A DNA stretch of 64,000 bases from Vulcanimicrobiota bacterium (GTDB lineage Bacteria; Vulcanimicrobiota; Vulcanimicrobiia; Vulcanimicrobiales; Vulcanimicrobiaceae). The notes beneath the pieces were generated by a model. It ran no database searches. It was not told the DNA's origin and was given only the letters and a program-made list of their open reading frames with translations. The stretch is from contig CAWHWQ010000002.1 of the NCBI GenBank assembly GCA_963833095.1, forward strand, positions 224,001-288,000. Reading direction: 5' to 3'. Below are positions 29,644 through 39,116 of the stretch, in pieces. Both the position numbers and the translations under genes were made by a program. The first letter of the stretch is position 1, and each line of letters starts with the position of its first letter.

Positions 29644-31593
29644 CTAAGGGCCGGTGAGGGACGCTCCCGAAAAATCACATCCAATGAACTTGGTGTCGTC
29701 CGTGTTCGCGCCCCGTAGGTCCGCGCCGGAGAAATCGACCCCACTGAAAATCGCGCCGGCAAGATTTGCTCCGCGGAGATTTGCATGGCTGAGGTCCACG
29801 CCCGTGAGCTTGATACCGCGCAAGTCCATGCCGCTGAGATTCGCGCCGTGCAAATCGCAACCGCTGCAACGCGGTAGATACGCCCGGATCTGCGCTTGCG
29901 AGAGCGTGCGCACATCGATATCAGAGCCGCTCAGATTGGCGCGATCGAGATTTGCACCGTCGAGCTTTGCACCGGCGAGATTGGCGCCGGACAGATTCGC
30001 CCCGTTGAAGGAAGCGTTGCGCAGATCCGCACCTTCGAAGTCGACACCGCTGAGATTAGCCCCGTTGAAGTTTGCACTTTGAAGATTCGAGTGGCTGAAA
30101 TCAGAGCCCGTCAAATTCGAGCCCGCGAAGTTCTTGCCCGAGAGATTCTGGTTCTCAAAATCACACCCCGAACAGTTCATTCCGCCGTGGACGTCGCCGA
30201 CCGACGCAACGACGCGCAACGGCTTGAGCGCCTTCGATAGCGACGAGTCGACCTCGGATGAGATCCTCGACGCCAATCCCGCCGTCGAGGCGGCGATTGA
30301 CGTCGCCTGCGCGGCCGATTTCTCGGCGATCGCCTTGACCTTCGCCGGCGCCATGGTCACGCTAACGTTCGGAATCGTGAGCGAGACCTGCGGTAAAGTC
30401 ATCGCAATTTTGGGCGCAGTTACCTTGAACGGCGCAATGACAGGTGCGGCGGGCGCTGCGGCGACGGCCGGGGGACACGGCATCGCAAACGCCACGACCG
30501 GCGTCAGCGAAAACGCTAACAAATACCCGGCGACGAGTCCCACGGCGACGAGTGTAGCCGTTGCGGGCGAGATCGACGAGCCGATTGCGCGACCCGTGCG
30601 CAAGAGCCGCTCGATGCGGATCGAGATGTTCTTGCGCGTCGTGAACACGCCCGGCGCCGCGAGCGGCTGGTGCGGCCACGAGGTTCTCTCGGCCATTTTC
30701 GTGAGGCAAAAGGCGTAGGTCCGCACTGCGCCGGTCAGCTCGAGAACGTAGTCGTCGCACGCGACCTCGCGTTCGATGTCCATCTGGCGCGCGATGAACC
30801 ACACTGCCGGGTTGAAGAACAGCAGGGCGCTAATGACCCGCTGCAAGCCGTTGCTCCAATCGTCATGGCGCAGCAAGTGCGCAAGCTCATGCAAACTGAT
30901 CTGATCGATTTCTTGAGCATCGAACTCCGCCAACAAATGCTGCGGCAAGAGGACCATCGCATCGAACAGACCCACCGCGACGGGGACTTCGATTCCGTCG
31001 GTGACGCAGATGCGGACGTCGCGATCGCGCGCATCGAGGCGCTGCCATTGCACGAGCTGATCGCGGTACTCCATCCCGAGGGGCATCGCGTCTTGCTTGA
31101 GGCGTTCGAGACGAATCAGGGCAATGGTAAGGCGCGCAACGAGAGCAAGGGCCGCAATGCCCCACGCCGTGAAGAAAATCGTAAGGATGAGGAACGGCAG
31201 GTTCACGTGCAAGTCTGGGATGCGAGGCAGGCTCATACTGCCGCCTTGGGAGTACCTCGCTCCGCTCGCAGAACTTCGGGGTTGCCTCGCTTCGCTCGCT
31301 TTTGTCTTTGTGCGCTCGCTGCGCGAGGCAACGCCCTCAGCGTTGGATGATTGCGTGGTAGTCGTCGCGGGTAGGGTGTAGGACGAGACACGCGATAGGC
31401 TGGTTGCGATCGGTACGACGAGCACCGCGACGAGTGCGACCGTCCACGCCGCATAACGCGTTGACGCGTTCACTTGCGGAAATACGCGCAATGCGAGCCA
31501 CGTTAATCCGGCGATTGCCGCCCCCTGCCAAAGGCCGTTCACCAGTACGACAAGCGCGACGCGGGCAATGATTTCAAACAGTGACGGATGCAT
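29644..31593 (-). CDS. BlaR1/MecR1-type M56 peptidase fused to two pentapeptide-repeat solenoids
   Basis: N-terminal TMs, TRYAAW, P..VG, LHELAH zinc motif, FFNPAVW, EREVACD, RIERLL; then a TM, an Ala/Pro linker and two CSGCD-capped pentapeptide arrays. Confidence 0.9.
   Translation of the reverse strand: MHPSLFEIIARVALVVLVNGLWQGAAIAGLTWLALRVFPQVNASTRYAAWTVALVAVLVVPIATSLSRVSSYTLPATTTTQSSNAEGVASRSERTKTKASEARQPRSSASGARYSQGGSMSLPRIPDLHVNLPFLILTIFFTAWGIAALALVARLTIALIRLERLKQDAMPLGMEYRDQLVQWQRLDARDRDVRICVTDGIEVPVAVGLFDAMVLLPQHLLAEFDAQEIDQISLHELAHLLRHDDWSNGLQRVISALLFFNPAVWFIARQMDIEREVACDDYVLELTGAVRTYAFCLTKMAERTSWPHQPLAAPGVFTTRKNISIRIERLLRTGRAIGSSISPATATLVAVGLVAGYLLAFSLTPVVAFAMPCPPAVAAAPAAPVIAPFKVTAPKIAMTLPQVSLTIPNVSVTMAPAKVKAIAEKSAAQATSIAASTAGLASRISSEVDSSLSKALKPLRVVASVGDVHGGMNCSGCDFENQNLSGKNFAGSNLTGSDFSHSNLQSANFNGANLSGVDFEGADLRNASFNGANLSGANLAGAKLDGANLDRANLSGSDIDVRTLSQAQIRAYLPRCSGCDLHGANLSGMDLRGIKLTGVDLSHANLRGANLAGAIFSGVDFSGADLRGANTDDTKFIGCDFSGASLTGP
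31248..31340. repeat. palindromic GCGAGCGAAGCGAG-type repeat cluster inside the M56 gene linker
   Basis: Inverted repeat GTTGCCTCGC (31281-90) / GCGAGGCAAC (31323-32) plus tandem CCTCGCT[CT]CGCTCGC units; same core at 59144-59158. Confidence 0.6.
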
Positions 31594-31597
31594 GGTT

Positions 31598-31978
31598 TTA
31601 TGCGTCCTCGTAACGTTCGATGAGTGAACGCAACCGCGCAAGCTCCTCGTTCGAGGGCCGCTCATTCTCGATCAAACGAAGCGCCAGCGCGCCGGTGCTG
31701 TTGCCGAAGAATTTCTCGACCACATTCTTGACGGCGCTTCCGGCTGCGGCGTCGCGGGCAACGAGCGGACGATAGACGAACGCGCGGCCGGCTTCCTCGT
31801 GCGAGACGTGGCCCTTTTGCTCCAAAATACGCAGGGTGGTGAGCACGCTGTTGTACGCCAGCGGCGGCGGAGGGAGCGCTTCGGTGACTTCAGCAACGGT
31901 AGCGCGTTCGAGGCGCCAAAGCACCTCCATGATGCGCAATTCAGCTTCGGTGAGCGTTGGTGAGGGGCGACGGGGCAT
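31598..31978 (-). CDS. BlaI/MecI/CopY family repressor
   Basis: LTEAELRIMEVLW, LAYNSVLTTLRILEQKGHV, GRAFVYRP, FFGNS. Confidence 0.93.
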   Translation of the reverse strand: MPRRPSPTLTEAELRIMEVLWRLERATVAEVTEALPPPPLAYNSVLTTLRILEQKGHVSHEEAGRAFVYRPLVARDAAAGSAVKNVVEKFFGNSTGALALRLIENERPSNEELARLRSLIERYEDA

Positions 31979-31994
31979 GCCGGGTTCTCCTATC

Positions 31995-32055
31995 TCCTAA
32001 TTCCTTAAGAGCAGAATACCCCGGCCGCGTCCGCTTGTCAACTAATAGCTTAGTT
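31995..32055 (-). promoter_or_regulatory. sigma70 promoter with two BlaI-type operator palindromes
   Basis: TTGACA (32041-36)-17 bp-TATTCT (32018-13); operators AACTAA-GCTA-TTAGTT (32040-55) and TCTTAA-GGAA-TTAGGA (31995-32010). Confidence 0.8.
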
Positions 32056-33022
32056 CGCCGTAGGCGACCACCGGGCAGTTGACCACGAACCCGGCAGCCT
32101 TGGCTAGCGGGGCAACCTGCGCGTAACTGGTCAAACGCGTGGTTTGGGGAGCGCCGACCACCATCACGTTCCAAAGCGGGCTGTACCCATTGGCTGCATA
32201 GGGGTGCGCGAGGTCCGGAGCAAGCGAGAGCACGTTGAAGGGCGAGCCGATCTCGGCTGCGTTTGAGAGTGTCGCGTCCTGGTCGAGGGGTGTACCAAGG
32301 CTGAGATAGGCCAGCCCCTGCGGCGCACTCCCGGTCTGCGGACCGTTGACCACGACGCCGATCGGAATCTCTGCGCTCGCCGACGCTTTCGCCAGATTCG
32401 GCGCGAAGGTCGCGCGTTCGACGCTCGATGCGACCGGATCTGACGCTTCGGGGCTAAAGTAGTAAATCGGCTGACCATTAAAAAAGCCGCGTGCGAGGGT
32501 GAGCGTAACCGTCATCTTCGCCGGGTCGATTGCAAGCACGCGATCTTCGGTATTGCTATGCGTCGCAACGTCGAACGGTCCGTCGCCGGTGGCAACAATC
32601 GGCGCGTTGAGGACGCCTGCGATGCCTTGCGCATGCACGAACGGTGAATATTCGGAATCGGCTTTACCGCCCGGTGTCGCCGACGCCGGCGGGAAACCCG
32701 TCGCGCTCGCGACGTAGGTTCGGGTTGCGCCGAAACTCGGCGCACCCGCGAACGTGTATGTGCCGTCGGAATTCTTCGTCGCGCGCTGTGTCGCAGCCGT
32801 ACCAATCGAAGCCAGACTGGGCGCAAAATTCACACCGAATTTTCGCGCGACGGCGGGATCCGACGCATCGGTGAGGATGTACCACACGGTCTTACCTTCC
32901 TCGATGCCGCGATGGAGCGGTAACGTCGCTGTGTGGTTGGTCGTATCAACCGCGAGCGCGCTCGTAATCGTAAACTGTGAATGCGGCAACAACACCGCAA
33001 GTAATGCGAATAATACACTCAT
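32042..33022 (-). CDS. secreted hypothetical protein with an internally duplicated domain (DUF7482-like)
   Basis: Two halves T.TL.L.RG...(VW|IY)Y...(D|E)ASD...YSP, ending VVNCPVV. Confidence 0.7.
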   Translation of the reverse strand: MSVLFALLAVLLPHSQFTITSALAVDTTNHTATLPLHRGIEEGKTVWYILTDASDPAVARKFGVNFAPSLASIGTAATQRATKNSDGTYTFAGAPSFGATRTYVASATGFPPASATPGGKADSEYSPFVHAQGIAGVLNAPIVATGDGPFDVATHSNTEDRVLAIDPAKMTVTLTLARGFFNGQPIYYFSPEASDPVASSVERATFAPNLAKASASAEIPIGVVVNGPQTGSAPQGLAYLSLGTPLDQDATLSNAAEIGSPFNVLSLAPDLAHPYAANGYSPLWNVMVVGAPQTTRLTSYAQVAPLAKAAGFVVNCPVVAYGELSY

Positions 33023-33057
33023 GCTGGTTGGTACGCTCGCAGAAGGCGAGCGGTTTA

Positions 33058-33309
33058 CTAGCCACCGGCAATTTTCGCGCGGCGCCCCTGCGCGACAAAC
33101 CACGCAACGATGCGCTCGCGGTGATCGCCCTGGATCTCGACCACGCCGTCTTTGCTCGTTCCACCGGTTCCGCAATGGCGTTTGAGCGCCTTAGCGATCT
33201 CGTCGGTCTCTTGCGGCGCAAGACCATGGACGAGGCTGACCACGCTGGCCCGGCGCCGTTCGCGCGCGACGCGAATGACGCCGTCAGAGGGCATTGAGGG
33301 TTTGGGCAT
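33058..33309 (-). CDS. yciH: SUI1/YciH translation initiation factor-like protein
   Basis: DGVIRV, LKRHCGTGGT.KDGVVEIQGDHRE, KIAGG. Confidence 0.9.
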   Translation of the reverse strand: MPKPSMPSDGVIRVARERRRASVVSLVHGLAPQETDEIAKALKRHCGTGGTSKDGVVEIQGDHRERIVAWFVAQGRRAKIAGG

Positions 33310-33325
33310 GCAAAGACCCCTTCGC

Positions 33326-33862
33326 ATGGCTCGACTCTGTATCTTCTGTGGCGCGCACGCCGGATCGAACGGGCAATATCGCGACCTTGCCGGCCAGGTC
33401 GCGCGCGCCGTGCACGGCGCCGGATTCGGCGTGGTGTACGGCGGCGGGCGCGTGGGCTTAATGGGCGCGCTTGCCGACGCGGTGCTCGCGCTAGGCGGTG
33501 AAGTAATCGGCGTGATTCCTAAAGGCCTCGCGACCAACGAGATCGCGCATGACGGGGTCGAGCAATTGCACGTGGTCGAGAGCATGCACGAGCGCAAGGC
33601 ACTGATGGCGGATTTGAGCGATGGCTTCATCGCGCTGCCGGGCGGTTACGGAACGATGGACGAGTTTCACGAGATCCTTACGTGGCGCCAGCTCGGCATT
33701 CACAACAAGCCGATCGGTCTGCTCAACGCCGGCGGCTACTACGATCATCTGCTTGCGCTCTACGATCGAATGGGCTCAGAAGGATTCGTCACGCTCAAAG
33801 CGCGCGAACTCTTCGTTAGTGCGCCCGAGATCAGCGCGTTGTTGCGCGCAATGGGACGTTAA
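33326..33862 (+). CDS. LOG family phosphoribohydrolase (TIGR00730-type)
   Basis: CIFCG, VYGGGRVGLMG, MHERK, PGGYGTMDE. Confidence 0.93.
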   Translation: MARLCIFCGAHAGSNGQYRDLAGQVARAVHGAGFGVVYGGGRVGLMGALADAVLALGGEVIGVIPKGLATNEIAHDGVEQLHVVESMHERKALMADLSDGFIALPGGYGTMDEFHEILTWRQLGIHNKPIGLLNAGGYYDHLLALYDRMGSEGFVTLKARELFVSAPEISALLRAMGR

Positions 33863-34260
33863 CCGTGCTCTTCGCGGTACTTCTTGTAACGAGGAATCGC
33901 TCGCGCCATCGCCGGCAGTAAACGCATGGCGGTAGCGAGATCGCCCTGCGCTTTCGCGCGCCCGGTCATTAGGGCGCTCGGCGCCATTTCGCCGCGATAG
34001 AGCGCGTCGAACGTGTCGGCCCGCATGAAGAGCTCGACCGTCGGCTTGGGCGCGTTCGGGTCGTCGACGTACACGTCGTACCGATGGCCGGGTTCCGGTT
34101 TGCGCGTTGTGTCGAGCACGATCCGGAGGACCGGGTCTTTCAACGAGTATGCAAGCACGACGCCGTTCCCCCCGAAGAAGGCGTCGTCGACCTCCGCTTC
34201 ATACTTGAAAAACGCTTCGAGCACGTCGCGCGCGTGCGCACTATCTCGGAATGCAGCCAT
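33859..34260 (-). CDS. SCP2 sterol-carrier-like domain protein
   Basis: MRADTFDALYRGE..ALMTGRAKAQGD pattern; GGAGG RBS. Confidence 0.75.
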   Translation of the reverse strand: MAAFRDSAHARDVLEAFFKYEAEVDDAFFGGNGVVLAYSLKDPVLRIVLDTTRKPEPGHRYDVYVDDPNAPKPTVELFMRADTFDALYRGEMAPSALMTGRAKAQGDLATAMRLLPAMARAIPRYKKYREEHG

Positions 34261-34331
34261 AGCGCCTCCTCCAAAGGGAAGGACGTCTCCGCGAACGTAC
34301 GCACCCGACGAGGACGCGGAAGGAGATCACT

Positions 34332-36503
34332 GTGACGTTTACCCTTCGATCCCTAGGTATTGTATCGGTTCTTGGGGCGCTCGTGCTTACCCAGCGTGCC
34401 GTACTTCCGGCGCAGGCGCAGTCGGCCAACGCAGCGCAAACGACGGTCGCCAAAGCGCCGCCGACAATGCCCGACGGATCCGATCCATATCTCTGGCTCG
34501 AGGACAAGGACGGCGCGCGAGCGATGGCGTGGGTCAAGGAGCAAAACGCGAAAACCCTTCCCGTGCTCGAAGGCGATTCACATTTCCAACACCTCTACGC
34601 AGCTGCGCTCCAAGTCGCGCAATCCAAGAGCCGCATACCCTATCCGCGAACGATTGACGGCCAGATCTACAACTTTTGGCAAGACGACCAGCACGTCCGC
34701 GGAATTTGGCGCCGCACGAGCGTCGCAAGCTATGCCACCGCGACGCCGCAGTGGACGACCGTGCTCGATCTTGACGCAGTCAGCGCATCCGAAAAAGCCA
34801 ACTGGGTGTGGCACGGCGCGCAATGTGATTGGCCGGCGGAAACGCGCTGCTTGCTATCGCTCTCGAACGGCGGCGAAGATGCCGACACCGTGCGCGAGTT
34901 CGATCTGACGAAGAGCGCCTTCGTGAACGGCGGCTTCGACTTGCCGCGCAGCAAGCAGAACGTGGCGTGGGAGAACGGCAACACGATTCTCGTCGCGCGC
35001 GAATGGACGAGCGGTGACCTTACGGCCTCGGGCTATCCCTACATCGTGAAGCGTCTTCGCCGCGGACAGCCACTCTCGAATGCCGTCGAAATCTTTCGCG
35101 GCGAAAAGAGCGACGTTTCGGTCACCCCCTTTAGCCTGCACGACGGCACGGGTCACAGCGTGACGATTATCGATCGTGGCGTTACGTTCTTCACCTCGAA
35201 AGACTATATTGTGACTCCTGCCGGCCCGAAAGAGCTTGCAACGCCGGAAAAAGTCAATATCCAGGACATGGTCGACGGCCGCATCATCATCTCACTCAAT
35301 CAAGATTGGGATGTTGCGGGCAAGCATTTCGCGCAGGGCTCGCTGGTTGCGGTCGACGCGGCTGCGGCTGCGGCTGACCCGGCCCATCTCTCGCCGGTGC
35401 TGATTTATGCGCCCGGCCCGCGCGAATCGATCCAATCCGTCTCCGCGTCGCACTCGCGGTTGCTCGTGACGATCTACCAGAACGTGCGCGGTCGCGCGTT
35501 TGTGTTCACGCCCGGAGCGCAAGGATCGTGGACATCGCGCCAATTACCGCTGGCCGACAACTCCTCGATCAACCTGATCGATAGCAGCGATCGCGCGAAT
35601 GCCGCCTATGTCAGCGTGACCTCATTCCTCATTCCGACCACGCTCTGGTCGGTCGACACGGCATCTGCGTCCGTTGCTCGCGTCAAGGCGCTTCCACCGC
35701 TTTTTGACGCCTCGAACGACGTGGTCGAACAGCACGAGGCGACATCGGCGGACGGTACCAAGATCCCGTACTTCATCGTGCATCCGAAAAACATGCAACT
35801 CGACGGAACCAATCCCACCGTGCTTTACGCGTACGGCGGTTTTCAGATCTCCGAGACGCCCTACTACTCGGGTATTCTCGGAAAGCTCTGGCTCGAACGC
35901 GGCGGAACATTCGTGCTCGCCAACATTCGCGGCGGCGGCGAATTCGGGCCGGCGTGGCATGAGGCCGGCTTAAAAACGAATCGGCAACGCGTCTACGACG
36001 ATTTTTATGCCGTCGCGCAAGATCTCGTTGCAAGCAAAGTCACCTCCCCTCGTCATCTCGGCATTCAAGGTGGGTCGAATGGCGGGTTGCTCATGGGCGT
36101 GGAGTTCACCGAGCATCCCGACGAGTGGAACGCGGTCGATATTCAAGTGCCGCTGCTCGACATGCTACGCTTCGAGAAAATTCAAGCCGGTGCATCGTGG
36201 GTCGGCGAATATGGAAGCGTCTCGGTTCCAGCCGAGAAAGCGTTCTGGGAAGCGCATTCACCTTACAACAACCTCAAAGGCGGCGTTGCATACCCCGAGC
36301 CCTTGATTTGGACGACCACCAAAGACGATCGCGTCGGACCACAGCACGCCCGCAAGTTCGCAGCGAAACTCTCGGCCATGGGTGTCCCCTATTTGTTCTA
36401 CGAGGTCACCGAAGGCGGCCACGGCGCCGGCGCAAACCTCAAAGAGAGCGCGCACACCTCCGCGCTCGAGTGGACCTATTTCACGATGAAGCTCATGCAG
36501 TAG
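34332..36503 (+). CDS. secreted prolyl oligopeptidase (S9A)
   Basis: DPYLWLED, SADGTKIPY, YAYGGF, NIRGGGEFG, GGSNGG, DDRV, GGHG triad motifs. Confidence 0.95.
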   Translation: MTFTLRSLGIVSVLGALVLTQRAVLPAQAQSANAAQTTVAKAPPTMPDGSDPYLWLEDKDGARAMAWVKEQNAKTLPVLEGDSHFQHLYAAALQVAQSKSRIPYPRTIDGQIYNFWQDDQHVRGIWRRTSVASYATATPQWTTVLDLDAVSASEKANWVWHGAQCDWPAETRCLLSLSNGGEDADTVREFDLTKSAFVNGGFDLPRSKQNVAWENGNTILVAREWTSGDLTASGYPYIVKRLRRGQPLSNAVEIFRGEKSDVSVTPFSLHDGTGHSVTIIDRGVTFFTSKDYIVTPAGPKELATPEKVNIQDMVDGRIIISLNQDWDVAGKHFAQGSLVAVDAAAAAADPAHLSPVLIYAPGPRESIQSVSASHSRLLVTIYQNVRGRAFVFTPGAQGSWTSRQLPLADNSSINLIDSSDRANAAYVSVTSFLIPTTLWSVDTASASVARVKALPPLFDASNDVVEQHEATSADGTKIPYFIVHPKNMQLDGTNPTVLYAYGGFQISETPYYSGILGKLWLERGGTFVLANIRGGGEFGPAWHEAGLKTNRQRVYDDFYAVAQDLVASKVTSPRHLGIQGGSNGGLLMGVEFTEHPDEWNAVDIQVPLLDMLRFEKIQAGASWVGEYGSVSVPAEKAFWEAHSPYNNLKGGVAYPEPLIWTTTKDDRVGPQHARKFAAKLSAMGVPYLFYEVTEGGHGAGANLKESAHTSALEWTYFTMKLMQ

Positions 36504-36531
36504 CCGATAACCTGAAGTAGGAGGGCCTGCG

Positions 36532-38721
36532 ATGCGCCTGCGAGTCAGCGGTCTCTTTTTTGTCCTCGGTGTTCTGCTGGTCGCGTGCGGCGGCGGTGGA
36601 AAATCCGGCGTTCTGCCAAATTCAGCACAGTCGAACGGCGGCGGTTCGCAACCCGCGCAAGCAACCAAGCAACTTGCCGTGGTGCTGAAGATCCCTCCGG
36701 CGGACCAACAATCGCGCGCGCGTAGGCCCTTCTTCGTGTCGTCGAATACGCAATCGATCGTCTTCGCGGTTGTGCCCAATGGTTCGGGCACGCCGACACC
36801 GGCGCAGGAGCAAATCTTTCCGGTTACAACACCGAGCCCGTGCGCAACGACCGGTGCGGGCGGTGAAACCTGCACTTTTACGGTCGCAGCACCATACGGG
36901 ACGGATGTTTTCTACGTCGCGACGTTCGCTGTGCCGAGTCCCAACGCGAGTTCATCGCCGCTTGCAAGTTTCGTCTCCGGAGCGATCGCGGTTGCAAGCC
37001 CCGCGCCCGGTGTCACGCCGTCACCGCTTGCGTTTTCGATGAACGGCATCGTTGCAAACGTGGCAATAACGGTCCCGAGCCCCGATCCGAACAACACGCC
37101 GAACACGCGAGTCTTTCTCGCCGGCGTTGTTGCTGCGCCTATTCCGCTTGGAATCACGCCGTACGACGCAAGCGGCGCGGCGATTCTCAGCGACACCTTT
37201 CTTGTGCCCGTTATTCTCGGCGTCAACCCCGCTGGGGAAGGCGTCGGCATGACGCTGAACGCGACATGCCCCGGTGCGCCAAGCTTTGCGACGCCCAGTC
37301 CGATTGTCGACGTGAGCTGTGCCTCGGATCTCGCAAATGTGAAGCTCTCGTACAGCGGTGGCATTACGGCCGATAGCAACGACCACATCGTTGATACTTT
37401 CGCGGTTGCCGCCGTGCAAACGGCGTCGCCCGCGCCGTCGCCGGCGAACGTCGTCCTCGCGAGCAACGTGGTAACGTTCGTACCCAGCACCGGAGGCAAC
37501 GCGTACAACGCCGGCTACCTCCAAGCGTTACCCAATAACCTGATTGCTTACATGTTGATGTCGTCATCGCTCACGACCGCGCAATACGGCACGATCAACG
37601 TTTCCACCGGTGTGGGGTCAACGCCGATTACGCTCAACGGCGCGACGCCAAGCGGTTTCTACGCAATGAGCGACGGCAGCATCTGGGTAACCGACAGAGT
37701 GAACGACGATATGCTCTGCTTCGCCGCGGGCAGTAGCGCTGTGACGAACACCATCAGCCTCTCCGGCTTCATGACGTATGCGAGCGATGTGACGTTCGAC
37801 GGGACCAAAATCTGGGCGAGCGGGTCTTCGTCATCGTCGCCGTTAGATGTGGTCGTTTATGCGCCGCTTACCGGAACATGCACCGTCGGCGCGCTCGCGA
37901 GCAGCGCGCTGACGGGTGACACCTATTCCGACAACGATCTCCTTATGGCGCCGCAGAGCGCCGGCGGAGTACTGGTTGACGGCGTCTCGGACGGCGGCGC
38001 GTGGACGGTGACGTCGAATGGTGTAGCCACATATCTCAACCCCGGGTTCCCACCGGGCAGTGCGTTCGGCGGCGGCGTCGGCATCGATGGAACCGGCGTC
38101 GGCTATTTCTCATTCAACACCGGCCCTGCGGGCGAGATTCTGACTCTCGCGAACGGCGGCAGCGCATTCTCACAGACGCTCGCTGCGCCACCGGTGCACT
38201 TCGCCGGCCTCGCAGCCTTTGGCCCCAACGGTGGCGCGGCCGATAGAATCGGATACGCAGATACAACGAATCAAACGCTGGGCGTGCTCGAAGGGCCAAA
38301 CAGTGCGACGCCGCTCAATATCCTCACGACGCTGGGCTATGCGGCGTTCGAGGTCACCGGTCAAAATGTTGCGATTTCCACGAAGGGAGCCGGGTTCGTT
38401 GTCTACTTCGATCTCACGGCGAACGCCGTCACGCTCGCGCGCACCGAGTTTACGTCGACGTGGTGGATTCCGGTGACGACCCTGCCGCTCGCCAACGTGC
38501 TAAGCATCGACGAGCGCGGCGACAGCGGGCCATTCACGTTAACACCGGTCGGCACGCCACCGTCGTGTCTCGGAACGATCACCGCGGTGCCGAATACCGA
38601 TCACGATTTTTACGTGCCGGATACCTCAGGTTCGTCAACCTGCGTAGTCACGCTCAACGTGACCGACAAGAACGGAAGATCGCAGACAGTAACGATTACG
38701 GCCCAACCCAACGCCGGTTAG
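36532..38721 (+). CDS. large Ser/Thr/Gly-rich lipoprotein with a probable beta-propeller
   Basis: LLVA-C lipobox; DGSIWVTD and DGTKIW blade motifs. Confidence 0.75.
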   Translation: MRLRVSGLFFVLGVLLVACGGGGKSGVLPNSAQSNGGGSQPAQATKQLAVVLKIPPADQQSRARRPFFVSSNTQSIVFAVVPNGSGTPTPAQEQIFPVTTPSPCATTGAGGETCTFTVAAPYGTDVFYVATFAVPSPNASSSPLASFVSGAIAVASPAPGVTPSPLAFSMNGIVANVAITVPSPDPNNTPNTRVFLAGVVAAPIPLGITPYDASGAAILSDTFLVPVILGVNPAGEGVGMTLNATCPGAPSFATPSPIVDVSCASDLANVKLSYSGGITADSNDHIVDTFAVAAVQTASPAPSPANVVLASNVVTFVPSTGGNAYNAGYLQALPNNLIAYMLMSSSLTTAQYGTINVSTGVGSTPITLNGATPSGFYAMSDGSIWVTDRVNDDMLCFAAGSSAVTNTISLSGFMTYASDVTFDGTKIWASGSSSSSPLDVVVYAPLTGTCTVGALASSALTGDTYSDNDLLMAPQSAGGVLVDGVSDGGAWTVTSNGVATYLNPGFPPGSAFGGGVGIDGTGVGYFSFNTGPAGEILTLANGGSAFSQTLAAPPVHFAGLAAFGPNGGAADRIGYADTTNQTLGVLEGPNSATPLNILTTLGYAAFEVTGQNVAISTKGAGFVVYFDLTANAVTLARTEFTSTWWIPVTTLPLANVLSIDERGDSGPFTLTPVGTPPSCLGTITAVPNTDHDFYVPDTSGSSTCVVTLNVTDKNGRSQTVTITAQPNAG

Positions 38722-39110
38722 CGTTCGAGCGTGGCCTTCATCGCCGCGCCGCCGCCGTTCATGATGCCCTCGATCGCTCCAGCGATCTCGTTGGGTAAGA
38801 CGTCAACGATCCACACGACGCGGCTGCCGCCGCCGGCGTTTGCGAAGACTTGCAGCGATGCATTGTAGTGCGTTGCGCGGCCACCGACGGCCGTCCAGGC
38901 AAAGCGCATCTCCTGATCGTCGACGCTCACGATCGGCTCGCGCACGACCATGCCGTTTGCAAAAGTTACGATACGAACATCGCCTTCGAGCCGGCAGTCG
39001 CTCAACGCCCCGGGGAAAAGCCGCGTATTCGCCGCACCGACATCACGAACTGCGTCCCACACTTTCGCGGGCGCGACGTCGACGTCGATCTCCTTGCGAA
39101 TGCTAGCCAC
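38718..39110 (-). CDS. SRPBCC/polyketide cyclase family protein
   Basis: MASIRKEI, VWDAVRDVG, RIVTFANG, HYNASLQV. Confidence 0.88.
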   Translation of the reverse strand: MASIRKEIDVDVAPAKVWDAVRDVGAANTRLFPGALSDCRLEGDVRIVTFANGMVVREPIVSVDDQEMRFAWTAVGGRATHYNASLQVFANAGGGSRVVWIVDVLPNEIAGAIEGIMNGGGAAMKATLER

Positions 39111-39116
39111 GCGCTC

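Noticed and set aside
28802..30200. Qnr/MfpA quinolone-resistance call, or a CRISPR/tandem DNA array
   Set aside because: The 15-bp periodicity is coding pentapeptide repeat, and both proteins appear extracytoplasmic, so they are unlikely gyrase-protecting DNA mimics.
29644..31978. Beta-lactam resistance (bla/mec) locus
   Set aside because: No penicillin-binding sensor domain and no beta-lactamase or PBP gene nearby.
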